DNA from: an uncultured archaeon
Lineage (GTDB): Archaea; Iainarchaeota; Iainarchaeia; Iainarchaeales; 0-14-0-20-30-16
Assembly (NCBI GenBank): GCA_964565725.1
Contig: CAZMGA010000001.1
Location: 2,518-34,517, forward strand
Direction: 5' to 3'
Length of the DNA stretch: 32,000 nucleotides
In this document: positions 7,796-17,325 of the stretch, piece after piece
Position numbering within the stretch: the first letter of the stretch is position 1
How the letters are laid out: the number at the start of each line of letters is the position of its first letter
Program-made: the position numbers and the translations under genes
Notes under the pieces: generated by a model
Databases searched by the model: none
Told to the model about the DNA's origin: nothing
What the model saw: the letters and a program-made list of their open reading frames with translations, nothing else

Positions 7796-10609
7796 TTACT
7801 TCTTAGGGAATAATAAAAACAAAACTACAACCAAAGCTATAATTATTAATGGGTTTATTCCTCCTAATGATCCTAATAATGAACCCTTTGCAACAATAGC
7901 TTGTGCAGCTGCAGGAATAACTGGGTTTACTGGGATAGTACCGCCAGTAATAACAGGTGCTGCTTGATTTGCTTTGCCTATAGCATAAACTAAAAGTACT
8001 ATTGCAGCAATTATTGCTAAAAGCCCACTTATAGCCCAACCATTGGCAGCAATACTTTTTCTACGTTCTGCTCTTTTTTTCTTTTTTTCTTCTTCTTCTT
8101 TCTTCTTCTTCTTTTCTGGATCTTCATCCTCTTCTTCTTTCTTCTTCTTCTTTTCTGGATCTTCATCAGGCTCTTTTTTTTCTTCTTTTTCTTTTTTTAA
8201 TTCTTCAATAGCTTCTAAAAGTTCGTTATGATGTTCATCCATATAATTTTTTAAATCTTCCAAATCTTCTTTTTTGGCAAAATTTTCAAAAAATTCTTCT
8301 CCAAAAGCATTTTGAATTTTAGCAAATAAATCAGTATTTCCTTTTTCAATAGCTTCATTAATTATTCTTTCTAGTTCAGTACCAAATATTGCTTTAAAAC
8401 CATCTGGTGTTAATCTATCTGAAATTTCTTTTAATTTATCAAAAGTTTCTGTTTTGAAAGTATTTACATTTTCATTTAAATCTAAATACATATTAATTAT
8501 ATCTTCTCTTAGTTTTCTAATTTCACCAATAGTTTTACCTATACCGTGGCCTATACCTTTACTAGTAGATTTCAATTCTTTCATTGCTTCTTTTATTGCT
8601 TCGTTTATAGAATCTAATTTTGTACCCAAATCTTTTAACTCAGGAAATTCTTTAGAAAATTCAGCTATAATTACTTTTACAATTTCCGAATTGTTTTCAA
8701 TAAAAGATTCTTTAATTGCTTCTTTTATAAATTTTTTATATTTTTCAGAAGACATATAATCTTTTAATTTTCTAATTTCACCAATAGTTTTGCCTATACC
8801 ATGACCTATACCTTTACTAGTAGATTTCAATTCTTTCATTAAGTCTTGCATTAAATTATCAATATATTGAAATTCAGGATCTAATTTGTCTAAAAGCTCT
8901 TTTACTAACTCTGTTTTTTCTCTTTTAAAGGATTCATCAAGAACCTCTTTTAAAATTTTTTTAAATGTACTTTCATTTATTTGTGTATTTTTAATTTCTT
9001 TTAATTTATTTAAAATTTCTATATGATAATCGTGTTCAGATAATAAAAGCTCAAAAGTAGAATTAAGATTTTCATAAATAATTTCTATTGTTTCTCTACT
9101 AACATTATTTTTTTGTGATTCTTCAATTAAAATTCTTTCCAATCTTTCTTGTAATTCTTTTTGTGTGTCTAATTTTTGACTTATTTCTGTAAATTTTACG
9201 TTAAAAGTTTCTTCGGCCATTCTTAAAAGTTCTTTATTATTAAAGTAATTTATTTCTTTAAATATCGTTTTTAGTCTTTCTGGAGTTATCATTCTTCTTA
9301 ATTCAGAAATGTTGGAAAAAACTCTTAAAAACCCTTTCATTAAATTTTCTTGATTTTCTTTTTGATTTGATTTGATTTCTCTTATTTCTTTTAAAATATC
9401 ATTTAGTTTAGATTCTAAATTTGGATTAGAATTAGTTTCTTTTATAGATTCTACAATACTTATTAAAGTTTCCCTTTTTTCAGAAAAACTTGAATTACTA
9501 AAAAATACGTTTATATTTGTATTAAATACTTGTTGAAAAATATTTTCTTGTGTAAAATTATTCAAAATATTATTTATTGTTTCAGAACTTAACCTTTCTT
9601 TTTTTAATCTTAACAATAATTTAGTTAGCATTTCTTGTACTTCAGGACTTTGTCTTTCAAGATATTTTTTTATTTTAACTATTTTTAAGTCCAGTTCTCT
9701 CTCATTAATTTTTAATGATCTAGTCATTATTTTAATTAAGTCAGTAATTTCATTTACTTTAGAAGTTTGAGATTGTTTTACAATTGCTCTTTCTTTATTT
9801 AAAACTTCTTTTACAAGCTTTATTGCTCTTTCTGGATTTGTTTTATATTGTTTTACAAAAAAATCCAACATTTGTTGTTGTTTTTTACTATCAAACCCTT
9901 TTTTCTTTAAATATTTGGAATATAAATCAAAAGTTGTTTTAAATTCATTTTCGCTTTTGGTTTTTAATTTTAATTCTAATTGTTTAGGTTTTTTTCCAAC
10001 TTCTTGTTTAGATTCTTCCTTTCCGAATTCTAAAGGTAATTCTAATTGTCTAGGATCTTTAGTTATAATTTTAGGTTTTTTAAATAATTCTAGTTGTGTT
10101 CCTTTTGGCATTTCTCTTTTTTTTCTTGGTTTGCTAGTTTTTTTAACTGCTTCTCTAGGTCCTATTTCAGGTAATTCCATTTGCATTGGTTTTTTCATTT
10201 TTGAACTTAAAACAGATTCTAAAATTTTTAATTTTAAAATAGATTCTTTTAATTCTGAACTATATTTTCTTGCATTTTGTCCAAAAAAACCTGTTTGTTT
10301 TTTAGATAATTTTTCTCTTAAAAAATTAATTCTAGACTCTAAATTTAAAGATTCAGATTTTAAATCGGGAATTGTTTTAGTTATATAACTTCTTTCTATA
10401 CTTCTTGTTAATAAATTAACCCTTGCTTTATTAAATTTACTTAAAGTAATTTTTGAGGTTGGTTTTTTTGTAATAGGTCTTTTAACTCTTTCTAATTTAA
10501 TATTTTCTTTTTCTAAATTCAACTTCCTTTCTATATTTCTGCTTTTAGCCATAAACACACCATTCCTATAATTATATATTATATAAAAACTTATATAAAG
10601 GTTTTCCAA
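7796..10609 (-). CDS. Large (about 918-937 aa) coiled-coil protein with two C-terminal hydrophobic segments; likely start ATG 10552
   Basis: Long charged, helix-prone sequence, internal duplication MKELKSTSKGIGHGIGKTIGEIRKL, E/K/D-rich DPEKKKKKEEE repeats, C-terminal TM-loop-TM (GWAISGLLAIIAAIVLLVYAI...NPLIIIALVVVLFLLFPKK). Confidence 0.85.
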   Translation of the reverse strand: MENLYISFYIIYNYRNGVFMAKSRNIERKLNLEKENIKLERVKRPITKKPTSKITLSKFNKARVNLLTRSIERSYITKTIPDLKSESLNLESRINFLREKLSKKQTGFFGQNARKYSSELKESILKLKILESVLSSKMKKPMQMELPEIGPREAVKKTSKPRKKREMPKGTQLELFKKPKIITKDPRQLELPLEFGKEESKQEVGKKPKQLELKLKTKSENEFKTTFDLYSKYLKKKGFDSKKQQQMLDFFVKQYKTNPERAIKLVKEVLNKERAIVKQSQTSKVNEITDLIKIMTRSLKINERELDLKIVKIKKYLERQSPEVQEMLTKLLLRLKKERLSSETINNILNNFTQENIFQQVFNTNINVFFSNSSFSEKRETLISIVESIKETNSNPNLESKLNDILKEIREIKSNQKENQENLMKGFLRVFSNISELRRMITPERLKTIFKEINYFNNKELLRMAEETFNVKFTEISQKLDTQKELQERLERILIEESQKNNVSRETIEIIYENLNSTFELLLSEHDYHIEILNKLKEIKNTQINESTFKKILKEVLDESFKREKTELVKELLDKLDPEFQYIDNLMQDLMKELKSTSKGIGHGIGKTIGEIRKLKDYMSSEKYKKFIKEAIKESFIENNSEIVKVIIAEFSKEFPELKDLGTKLDSINEAIKEAMKELKSTSKGIGHGIGKTIGEIRKLREDIINMYLDLNENVNTFKTETFDKLKEISDRLTPDGFKAIFGTELERIINEAIEKGNTDLFAKIQNAFGEEFFENFAKKEDLEDLKNYMDEHHNELLEAIEELKKEKEEKKEPDEDPEKKKKKEEEDEDPEKKKKKEEEEKKKKRAERRKSIAANGWAISGLLAIIAAIVLLVYAIGKANQAAPVITGGTIPVNPVIPAAAQAIVAKGSLLGSLGGINPLIIIALVVVLFLLFPKK
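8104..8180. repeat. Imperfect 39-nt direct repeat encoding (D)EDPEKKKKKEEE
   Basis: TTTTCTGGATCTTCATC recurs at about 8112 and 8151 inside the 937-aa ORF. Confidence 0.6.
8510..8839 (-). repeat. Two copies of a 75-nt in-gene repeat (8510-8584 and 8765-8839), 255 nt apart
   Basis: Both encode MKELKSTSKGIGHGIGKTIGEIRKL. Four nucleotide differences, all synonymous. Confidence 0.9.
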
Positions 10610-10627
10610 AAAAGTTAACTATTTAAC

Positions 10628-11305
10628 TCAATTGAAAAAATCTTTTCCTTCATATTCTTTTGCTTTTCCACTTCTACCAATTATTAATATTAATAATAAT
10701 ATTATAAAAATTATAATTATAGGGGAACTTTCGGAACTTAGAGATGATTTTGTTAAATAAAATAATAATATAGTGCCAATTAAAACAAATGCAGATATTC
10801 TAAAAAATGGACTTCGCATTAATTCAAATACTCTTTTTGCTTTGTTTATTTTTTTGGATATTTCTTTTTTTGATTCATCTAAAAGTTTCTCATCTTTAAT
10901 TTCTTTTTCCAATATTTTTTCTTCTTCAAATCTTGCTTCTTTGAGTTCTTTTTCAAATGCTTTTTCTTCTTTTCTTTCTCTATTTATTAAATTAAATTTT
11001 CTTTGATTATTACTTTCATATTCTTCGTTTTCAGTAAAGTTTTGAGCTTTATTTAACTTTTTTTCAGCCATTTTTTGATAAGTATAAAAATCTTCTTTGG
11101 AAATTTCATTATTTTTATAACTTATTCGCAAATTTCGCATAAATATGTCATATTCACCTTGCAGTAAAGTTTTTTTTCTACCCAAACTAGTTCTAATGTC
11201 ATTATGAACTTCAGTATTTTTAGGTTTGGGTACTTTTGGTTTTAATCTTTTTAATGGTTCTTCTACTCTTAATCTTTCACGTTTTTTAATATCCATACAA
11301 ATCAC
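10628..11305 (-). CDS. Charged/coiled-coil protein with C-terminal TM hairpin; likely start ATG 11296
   Basis: K/E-rich N-terminal region followed by two hydrophobic segments (FRISAFVLIGTILLFYL; PIIIIFIILLLILII). Immediately upstream of, and same strand as, the 937-aa ORF. Confidence 0.8.
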   Translation of the reverse strand: MICMDIKKRERLRVEEPLKRLKPKVPKPKNTEVHNDIRTSLGRKKTLLQGEYDIFMRNLRISYKNNEISKEDFYTYQKMAEKKLNKAQNFTENEEYESNNQRKFNLINRERKEEKAFEKELKEARFEEEKILEKEIKDEKLLDESKKEISKKINKAKRVFELMRSPFFRISAFVLIGTILLFYLTKSSLSSESSPIIIIFIILLLILIIGRSGKAKEYEGKDFFN

Positions 11306-11362
11306 AAAGTAAATATAACTATATAATAATCCTTTAAATACTTTTCCTATATATTAATATAA

Positions 11363-12076
11363 ATGAGAAATAAGTTTTTAGATATTGCAAATTTAAGTTT
11401 AAAATATTATTTTAATACATTCTATGTATCTTTAGGTTTTGGATTAATATATATAACTTTATTAAATGTAATTAAAAATGTTGATTTTAGTATATTTTTT
11501 GGAAATTTAACCTATAGTTATATTACAAACGTGTCTTTAATTTATGTCATACCCACAATTGTTTTAGGGGCGTTTATTAATTCTATTTTTGTAACTTTAT
11601 TGATTTTTGTAATTAGAAAAAAATTATTACAAGAACATAGAAAAGTTTATGTTATAGAATATTTAAAAAAACACAGCATTTATGTATTTTTATTTAATCT
11701 TTTAATTTATTTTTTAATTTTTTTAATTTACATAATTTTTACAAATACAAGAGTAAGTTTTTTTATACCTATTCTTACAATTATAATTTTAGTTATAAAC
11801 TTTTATACAATTCAATCAATAGTTATTGATGAAAAAAATATTTTTTCGGGAATTTCTTACGCTGTATTTTTTTTGAAAAAAAACTTTTTAAAAACAATAA
11901 TTTTAATTTTAGTTTTAACAATTTTATATTTTTTGATAAGTTTAATTGCGTTTTATTTTAGCTTTGGTTGGATAATCTCAATGATTTTATATACTTTGTT
12001 TTTTTATCCTTTTTTAGAAATTGTAAAAACAATAATTTACTTAACAAAATATGAAATAGTAAAAAGTTATTTATAA
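11363..12076 (+). CDS. Polytopic membrane protein, unknown function
   Basis: About six hydrophobic segments. Ends 1 nt before the convergent topA stop. Confidence 0.75.
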   Translation: MRNKFLDIANLSLKYYFNTFYVSLGFGLIYITLLNVIKNVDFSIFFGNLTYSYITNVSLIYVIPTIVLGAFINSIFVTLLIFVIRKKLLQEHRKVYVIEYLKKHSIYVFLFNLLIYFLIFLIYIIFTNTRVSFFIPILTIIILVINFYTIQSIVIDEKNIFSGISYAVFFLKKNFLKTIILILVLTILYFLISLIAFYFSFGWIISMILYTLFFYPFLEIVKTIIYLTKYEIVKSYL

Positions 12077-12077
12077 A

Positions 12078-14084
12078 TTATTTATTTTCTAATTTCTTTT
12101 CTTTATTATTTAAACAATTAAGATTTATGCAAATTTCTACATCATTTAACTTTATTATAGGAGCTTTGCACAATTCACAAAATTTAGTAGTAAAAACTAT
12201 ATTTCCTTTTTGTGGTAAAGGATATGTTTGTTTACAATTAGGATACCCAGAACAACCTACAAAGTTTTTACCCATTTTTGACTTTCTTGTAATTAAATCT
12301 TTTTTACAAATAGGACAAACACCTACTTTAGTAATAAAAGTTTTTTTTATGTTCTTTGAAATTTCATCTTTATTTTTATATAATTCATCCAATATTTCTG
12401 ATAGCATTATTAATGAATCTTTTACCACATTTTTCTTTGTTGTTTTACCTTCTTCAATATCATTCATCTCATTTTCTAATTTTGAAGTCATATCTACATT
12501 AACAACATGATTAGCATAATCTTCTAAAGTTTTTACAACTATTTTTGAAACTTTTGAAGGCAATATTTGTTTTTTTCCAGAAATATAATCCCTAGAATAT
12601 AATTTTTCTAATATTGCTGGACGAGTTGATTTTGTACCTAAATTTAATTTTTCCATTAATTTTATTAATGTTCCTTGAGAATATCTTGCAGGAGGCTTTG
12701 TTTTTTTAGATAATAAATCTTTTTTGATTATTTCTAAAATCTCATTTAATTCTAAATTAGGTAATAAATTTTCTTTTTGATTTACGTAAGGATAATATTC
12801 TAAAAATCCTTTATCTATAAATATAATTCCTTTTGTAAAAAATATTTCTTTATTTACATCTAATTCTATATTAGTAATTATTGTTTTAGCGTCCAAATAT
12901 AATGTAGCTAAAAAGTGATCTGTAATTAATTTAAATACTTTCCACTCTTCTTTACTTAATTTTTCTTTTTCAGGCAAAGTTACAGGATGTATTGGAGGAT
13001 GATCTTTTGTAGATATTCCTTTAGAAGGAATTATTTTTGGCAAGGCCAAAATTTTATTAATTATAGAATTAAAATCAGAACATTTTAATTCTTTTAAAAT
13101 GTTTTCAAAAACTACTCCTATATATGTTTGATTATCTGTTCTGGGATAACTAATATATCCTTTCATATATAAATTTTCAGCAATATTCATAGCTTTTATT
13201 GCATCAATATTTATTGCTGCAGCAGCTCTTAAAAAATCAGTAGTATTAAATGGAATTGGTTTTTCAATTGTACCTTCTTTCTTTTCTAATTTTATTATTT
13301 TTGCTTTATTACCTAATTGAGAAAATATTTTTTCTGCATCCTCTTTTTTATATATTCTTCCTTTTTTATATTCTGCTTTGAATTTTGTGTTTTCTTTGTT
13401 TAATATTATTTCTATTTCCCAAAATGGTTCGGAAATAAAATTTTCAATTTCTAATTCTTTTTCCACAACCTTTGCCAAAGTAGGACTTTGAACCCGTCCA
13501 ACACTTAAAAAATTTTTGCCTGTTTGACCAGTGTAAGTACTAAGAAATCTTGTTAATATTGCCCCCCAATATAAATCAATTTCTCTTCTCGCATCTGCAG
13601 AATCAGCCATTTTTTTATTTAAATCTAAAGTATTAGAAAATGCTTTATTTAGTTCTTCTTTTGTAATTGCTGAAAAATAAGCTCTTTTTATTTCTATTTT
13701 TGGATTTTTTTTTAACAAACAATCTACTGCTTCATTACCTATAGATTCTCCTTCTCTATCAGCATCTGTTGCAACTATAACTTTTTTTGCAAGAACTCCA
13801 TTTAAAACTTTTATTATATTTGGTTGGGTTTCTTTATAATATATTGGTTCATTGTCTACAATTCTTTTTAAATTTATATACCAATTACTATACTCTTTAG
13901 TAAAATCTACATCTTTTATGTGCCCTTTTAGAGGAACTAAAATAGTTTTTCCAAAATCTTTATGATTAAATTCAAAAAAACTAACCCCTTTGTCTTGTTT
14001 AGTAGAATAGGTATTATTAGATAATATTTGAGCTATACTTTGTCCAGCAATTGGCTTTTCAGAAATAATAATTGTGTCATACAT
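12078..14084 (-). CDS. topA: DNA topoisomerase I (type IA)
   Basis: Toprim IIISEKPIAGQSIA, ATDADREGESIG, active-site GYISYPRTDNQTY, C-terminal zinc motifs CPICKK...CSGYPNC and CELC...C. Confidence 0.96.
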   Translation of the reverse strand: MYDTIIISEKPIAGQSIAQILSNNTYSTKQDKGVSFFEFNHKDFGKTILVPLKGHIKDVDFTKEYSNWYINLKRIVDNEPIYYKETQPNIIKVLNGVLAKKVIVATDADREGESIGNEAVDCLLKKNPKIEIKRAYFSAITKEELNKAFSNTLDLNKKMADSADARREIDLYWGAILTRFLSTYTGQTGKNFLSVGRVQSPTLAKVVEKELEIENFISEPFWEIEIILNKENTKFKAEYKKGRIYKKEDAEKIFSQLGNKAKIIKLEKKEGTIEKPIPFNTTDFLRAAAAINIDAIKAMNIAENLYMKGYISYPRTDNQTYIGVVFENILKELKCSDFNSIINKILALPKIIPSKGISTKDHPPIHPVTLPEKEKLSKEEWKVFKLITDHFLATLYLDAKTIITNIELDVNKEIFFTKGIIFIDKGFLEYYPYVNQKENLLPNLELNEILEIIKKDLLSKKTKPPARYSQGTLIKLMEKLNLGTKSTRPAILEKLYSRDYISGKKQILPSKVSKIVVKTLEDYANHVVNVDMTSKLENEMNDIEEGKTTKKNVVKDSLIMLSEILDELYKNKDEISKNIKKTFITKVGVCPICKKDLITRKSKMGKNFVGCSGYPNCKQTYPLPQKGNIVFTTKFCELCKAPIIKLNDVEICINLNCLNNKEKKLENK

Positions 14085-14092
14085 AATAAACC

Positions 14093-14566
14093 CTATCTAT
14101 AATAAATCTGTAAACTATCTTTAGGAATAGAGTTTCTTTCAAATTCTTTTTTAGTAATTACAATTATTCCAAAATTATTTATCCCTACTAATTTAGCAAT
14201 TAATTTATTTAAAACTTCAAATTGATTAAAGTCTTTTAATAAATAATTAAAAATAATATTATAATCACCTAATGTTCTATAAGCTGTTTTAACATAATCA
14301 TTTTCTTGTAATATAACTAAATTTTTATCAATAGATAAAGGTTCACAATTTAAAAAAACTAGTAATTCTCCACTTATTCCTAATACTTTATAATCTAAAT
14401 CTACAGATATTTTTTTTATTATTCCTTTACTCATCAAATTCTCAAATCTTTTTTTAACGGCCACATCAGTAATATTTAATTCTCGCGCAATTTCACTAAA
14501 ACTAATTCTACCATTATCCATTAATTTTGTTAATATTTTATAATCATATTGATCCAAAACTTGCAT
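14093..14566 (-). CDS. Lrp/AsnC family transcriptional regulator
   Basis: LDQYDYKILTKLMDNGRISFSEIARELNITDVAVKKRFENLMSKGIIKKISVDLDY wHTH plus RAM-like domain. Confidence 0.9.
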   Translation of the reverse strand: MQVLDQYDYKILTKLMDNGRISFSEIARELNITDVAVKKRFENLMSKGIIKKISVDLDYKVLGISGELLVFLNCEPLSIDKNLVILQENDYVKTAYRTLGDYNIIFNYLLKDFNQFEVLNKLIAKLVGINNFGIIVITKKEFERNSIPKDSLQIYYR

Positions 14567-14602
14567 ACATTCACCATTTATAATTAAAACTTTATACCTA
14601 AA

Positions 14603-16159
14603 TCATTTTAAATACTTGCTTACATAAAAGCCATCTTCAAAGTATCCTTGCTTATAATAATACTCTCTTACACCCAAACCAGAAATAACAGATATTTTTT
14701 TGTATTTGTTTTTTAAAGCAATCTCTTCTGCTTTTTGTAATAATAATTTACCAATGCCTTGATGTTGTCCAATTTGATTTGAAATGTCATTAACTTTTAC
14801 AATTTTGCCATATACATGTAATTCTCTAACTAATGCAGAATTTTTTATTTCCCCAATAAAAGGTTTGTGAGGAAATCTTAATCTAATAAATCCTAATATT
14901 TGATCTCTGTTTTCTGTTTCATAAGATATAAAAAATTCCTTTCCTTTACTTGCAAAATATTTCTCTACAAATATTTTATAATTTTCACATTTACTTTCTT
15001 TAAATCCTAATTGTCTAAATCTAATTTCTTTTATATTTATTTTATTTTTTATACAATAATTAAATATTTCTTCACGCATATTTGTTTTTTTGGGTCCATC
15101 ACTTATTTTTGTAATAGGTATATCTCTTTGAATTCGCATCACTCTATTCCAATAAGGTATTAATGGGTAAAAACCTTTCAAAAAATTAAAAAAATCATCA
15201 TCATTATATACTTTATATTTATTTTCTTTCCACAAGTTAAATAATTTAGTATTGGGCATTATTAACAAAGGATAAATTTTAAGCATATCTGGTTTAAAAT
15301 AATTTTTTTTAAATAATTTAGAAAACATTTTTATATCTTTTTTAGAATCAGAATATAATCCTGGCATTATATGATACAATACTTTTAAACCGGAATCTTT
15401 TAATAATTGTGTTGATAATTTAACATCTTTAATGGTGTGGCCTCTATTTACTTTATTATAAATTTTATTAGATAATGTTTGTACACCTAATTCTATTCTT
15501 GTAGCACCTAAATTTAATAAGTTTTTTATTTCTTCTTTACTGCACATATCAGGTCTGGTTTCTATAGTCAAACCTACTGGTCTATAATTACAAGTTTCTA
15601 CTGATTTTTTTGCAGCTTTTAATGATTTATGCTCTTTATTACTTAATGCATCATAAATTCTTTTTACAAAAAACTCTTGATAATCTAAAGGTTCATTATT
15701 AAATGTACCCCCCATAATTATTAATTCTATTTTTGAAACATCATGACCTACATTTTCTAATTGACTTATTCTATTTTTTACTTGTAAATAAGAATCATAA
15801 TTGTTTGCAATGGCTCTCATAGATGCTGGTTCAGAACCTGTATAACTTTGAGGCACATTCATATCTAAACCACCAGGACAAAAAATACACTTGCCATGTG
15901 GACAAACTCCTGGTCTACACATTACCGCTACAACATTTACCCCTGATAAAGAACGAGAATCTTTAATGGTTAAATATTTTTGTAGCTCTTTTTTGTTTTC
16001 TAAATCACAATATTTATAAATTTCTGAATTTAGAGGTATTTTTTTTAAATTATATTTTGTCGCCAAATATATTTTTTTGTTATTCAAAGAATCAATATTA
16101 GGTTTTGATTTTAAAATAAAATCTATTAATTCTTTAGCCATTTTTTCAATAGAGGGCAA
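14603..16159 (-). CDS. elp3: Elp3-family radical SAM/GNAT tRNA uridine-34 modification enzyme
   Basis: CRPGVCPHGKCIFCPGG, GSEPASMRA, IIMGGTFN, TIETRPDM, GVQTL, C-terminal GNAT (GIGKLLLQKAEEIA, GVREYYYKQGY). Confidence 0.96.
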   Translation of the reverse strand: MPSIEKMAKELIDFILKSKPNIDSLNNKKIYLATKYNLKKIPLNSEIYKYCDLENKKELQKYLTIKDSRSLSGVNVVAVMCRPGVCPHGKCIFCPGGLDMNVPQSYTGSEPASMRAIANNYDSYLQVKNRISQLENVGHDVSKIELIIMGGTFNNEPLDYQEFFVKRIYDALSNKEHKSLKAAKKSVETCNYRPVGLTIETRPDMCSKEEIKNLLNLGATRIELGVQTLSNKIYNKVNRGHTIKDVKLSTQLLKDSGLKVLYHIMPGLYSDSKKDIKMFSKLFKKNYFKPDMLKIYPLLIMPNTKLFNLWKENKYKVYNDDDFFNFLKGFYPLIPYWNRVMRIQRDIPITKISDGPKKTNMREEIFNYCIKNKINIKEIRFRQLGFKESKCENYKIFVEKYFASKGKEFFISYETENRDQILGFIRLRFPHKPFIGEIKNSALVRELHVYGKIVKVNDISNQIGQHQGIGKLLLQKAEEIALKNKYKKISVISGLGVREYYYKQGYFEDGFYVSKYLK

Positions 16160-16169
16160 AAAATCACCT

Positions 16170-16913
16170 CTATGCTAATAAAGCTATAAAATAAGTAATT
16201 GAAGAATATAAATAAAAAATAGGATTTGCTATAAAAAAAGAATTAGCAGGTAAAGATAAAAAGTCTTGTAAATTTCTATTTATTAATATTGTTTTTTTAC
16301 TTATCAATTCTTTGTTTAAATTTTTTATATTTAAATAAAATTCTATATCATAATTTCCAGGATTTTTGGGAATAAATGAAAAATTATATTCTTTATTTGT
16401 TCTACCATCTAAAATAAAATTTATGTTAGGAAGTATGTTTTGAGGATAATTTGTACTTAAATAACCTTCAAATACGTTATCTGAATTATTAACAAAAGAT
16501 ATTACTCCTTTTTTTTCTACAAATAAATTTCCTTCGTTAGTCATCAAAATATAGGTTTTTAAAAAATCTTTTGAAACTATTGCAGTTATTTTTTCAGTTA
16601 TGTTTTGCTCAGATCCTTTGTAATGATAACTTATATTTATTTCATATTTACCTATTGGAGGATTTATTATTTCAAATCCATAGTATGGCCCTTTTAATTC
16701 AAAAACATTACATTTTAAAGAAGCACAATCTAAAGAATCTAAAATAATTGTTTGATTGTTTATAGAGTTTAAAAAATTTACCTCAATATTTAGACCTGGA
16801 TAAATCCTTAATTCTTTACCATCAAATGAAGTAGGTAAAACAAACTCTAAAGAATAACTAAAACTTAATGTAAAAATAATTCCAAATAATAAAAATAACA
16901 TTTTTTTTGCCAT
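16170..16913 (-). CDS. Secreted/membrane-anchored protein with beta-rich Ig-like extracellular region
   Basis: N-terminal signal peptide MAKKMLFLLFGIIFTLSFSYS and beta-rich body. C-terminal hydrophobic tail. Confidence 0.65.
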   Translation of the reverse strand: MAKKMLFLLFGIIFTLSFSYSLEFVLPTSFDGKELRIYPGLNIEVNFLNSINNQTIILDSLDCASLKCNVFELKGPYYGFEIINPPIGKYEINISYHYKGSEQNITEKITAIVSKDFLKTYILMTNEGNLFVEKKGVISFVNNSDNVFEGYLSTNYPQNILPNINFILDGRTNKEYNFSFIPKNPGNYDIEFYLNIKNLNKELISKKTILINRNLQDFLSLPANSFFIANPIFYLYSSITYFIALLA

Positions 16914-16980
16914 ATTTATAATATACCTATTGTGTTTAAAAACATTTGGTAATAATATATATTATATATAAGGTGAATTA

Positions 16981-17325
16981 ATGATATTAATTTGTAATGT
17001 GAGTAGAGGCAAAGGTAGTTGGGGACACATAACTCGTTTAATTAATGACAATTCATGGGATGCAATATATTTAGTAACTAATGATTGGTGTAAACAAAAT
17101 TTTGCTCCAAAAAAAGAAGTTAATTGGATTTTAATAAATAGAAACATGGGTTTTGATTTAATGAAAAAAACTATTAAAGAACAATTACCTTCAGGAAAAG
17201 AAATTGCTTTAAATATTATTTCCGGAGATGGAAAAGAACATATGGCTCTATTAGTAAGTTGCAAAGAAAAATATTCTAATTTTAATTATGCTATTTTAAC
17301 AAAAGATGGTTTAAAATATTATTAA
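16981..17325 (+). CDS. Small conserved-looking archaeal protein, possible Rossmann/CARF-like fold
   Basis: MILICNVSRGKGSWGHITRLI...DAIYLVTNDW...LNIISGDGKEHMALLV, alternating beta/alpha with a glycine-rich loop. TATA-like sequence and GGTG upstream. Confidence 0.6.
   Translation: MILICNVSRGKGSWGHITRLINDNSWDAIYLVTNDWCKQNFAPKKEVNWILINRNMGFDLMKKTIKEQLPSGKEIALNIISGDGKEHMALLVSCKEKYSNFNYAILTKDGLKYY

Noticed and set aside
8043-8231. Plus-strand ORF rich in Phe/Ser (AAILFLRSALFFFFSSSS...)
   Set aside because: Antisense shadow of the E/K-rich repeat region of the 937-aa ORF. No independent coding signal.
9915-10388. Plus-strand 157-aa ORF, and the similar 8454-8759 ORF
   Set aside because: Antisense to the large coiled-coil ORF. 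Composition is dominated by complementary codons and there is no RBS or recognisable family.
10773-11006. Plus-strand 77-aa ORF
   Set aside because: Antisense shadow of the charged 225-aa protein.
12127-12510. Plus-strand 127-aa ORF
   Set aside because: Complete overlap with the well supported topA zinc-finger region on the opposite strand.
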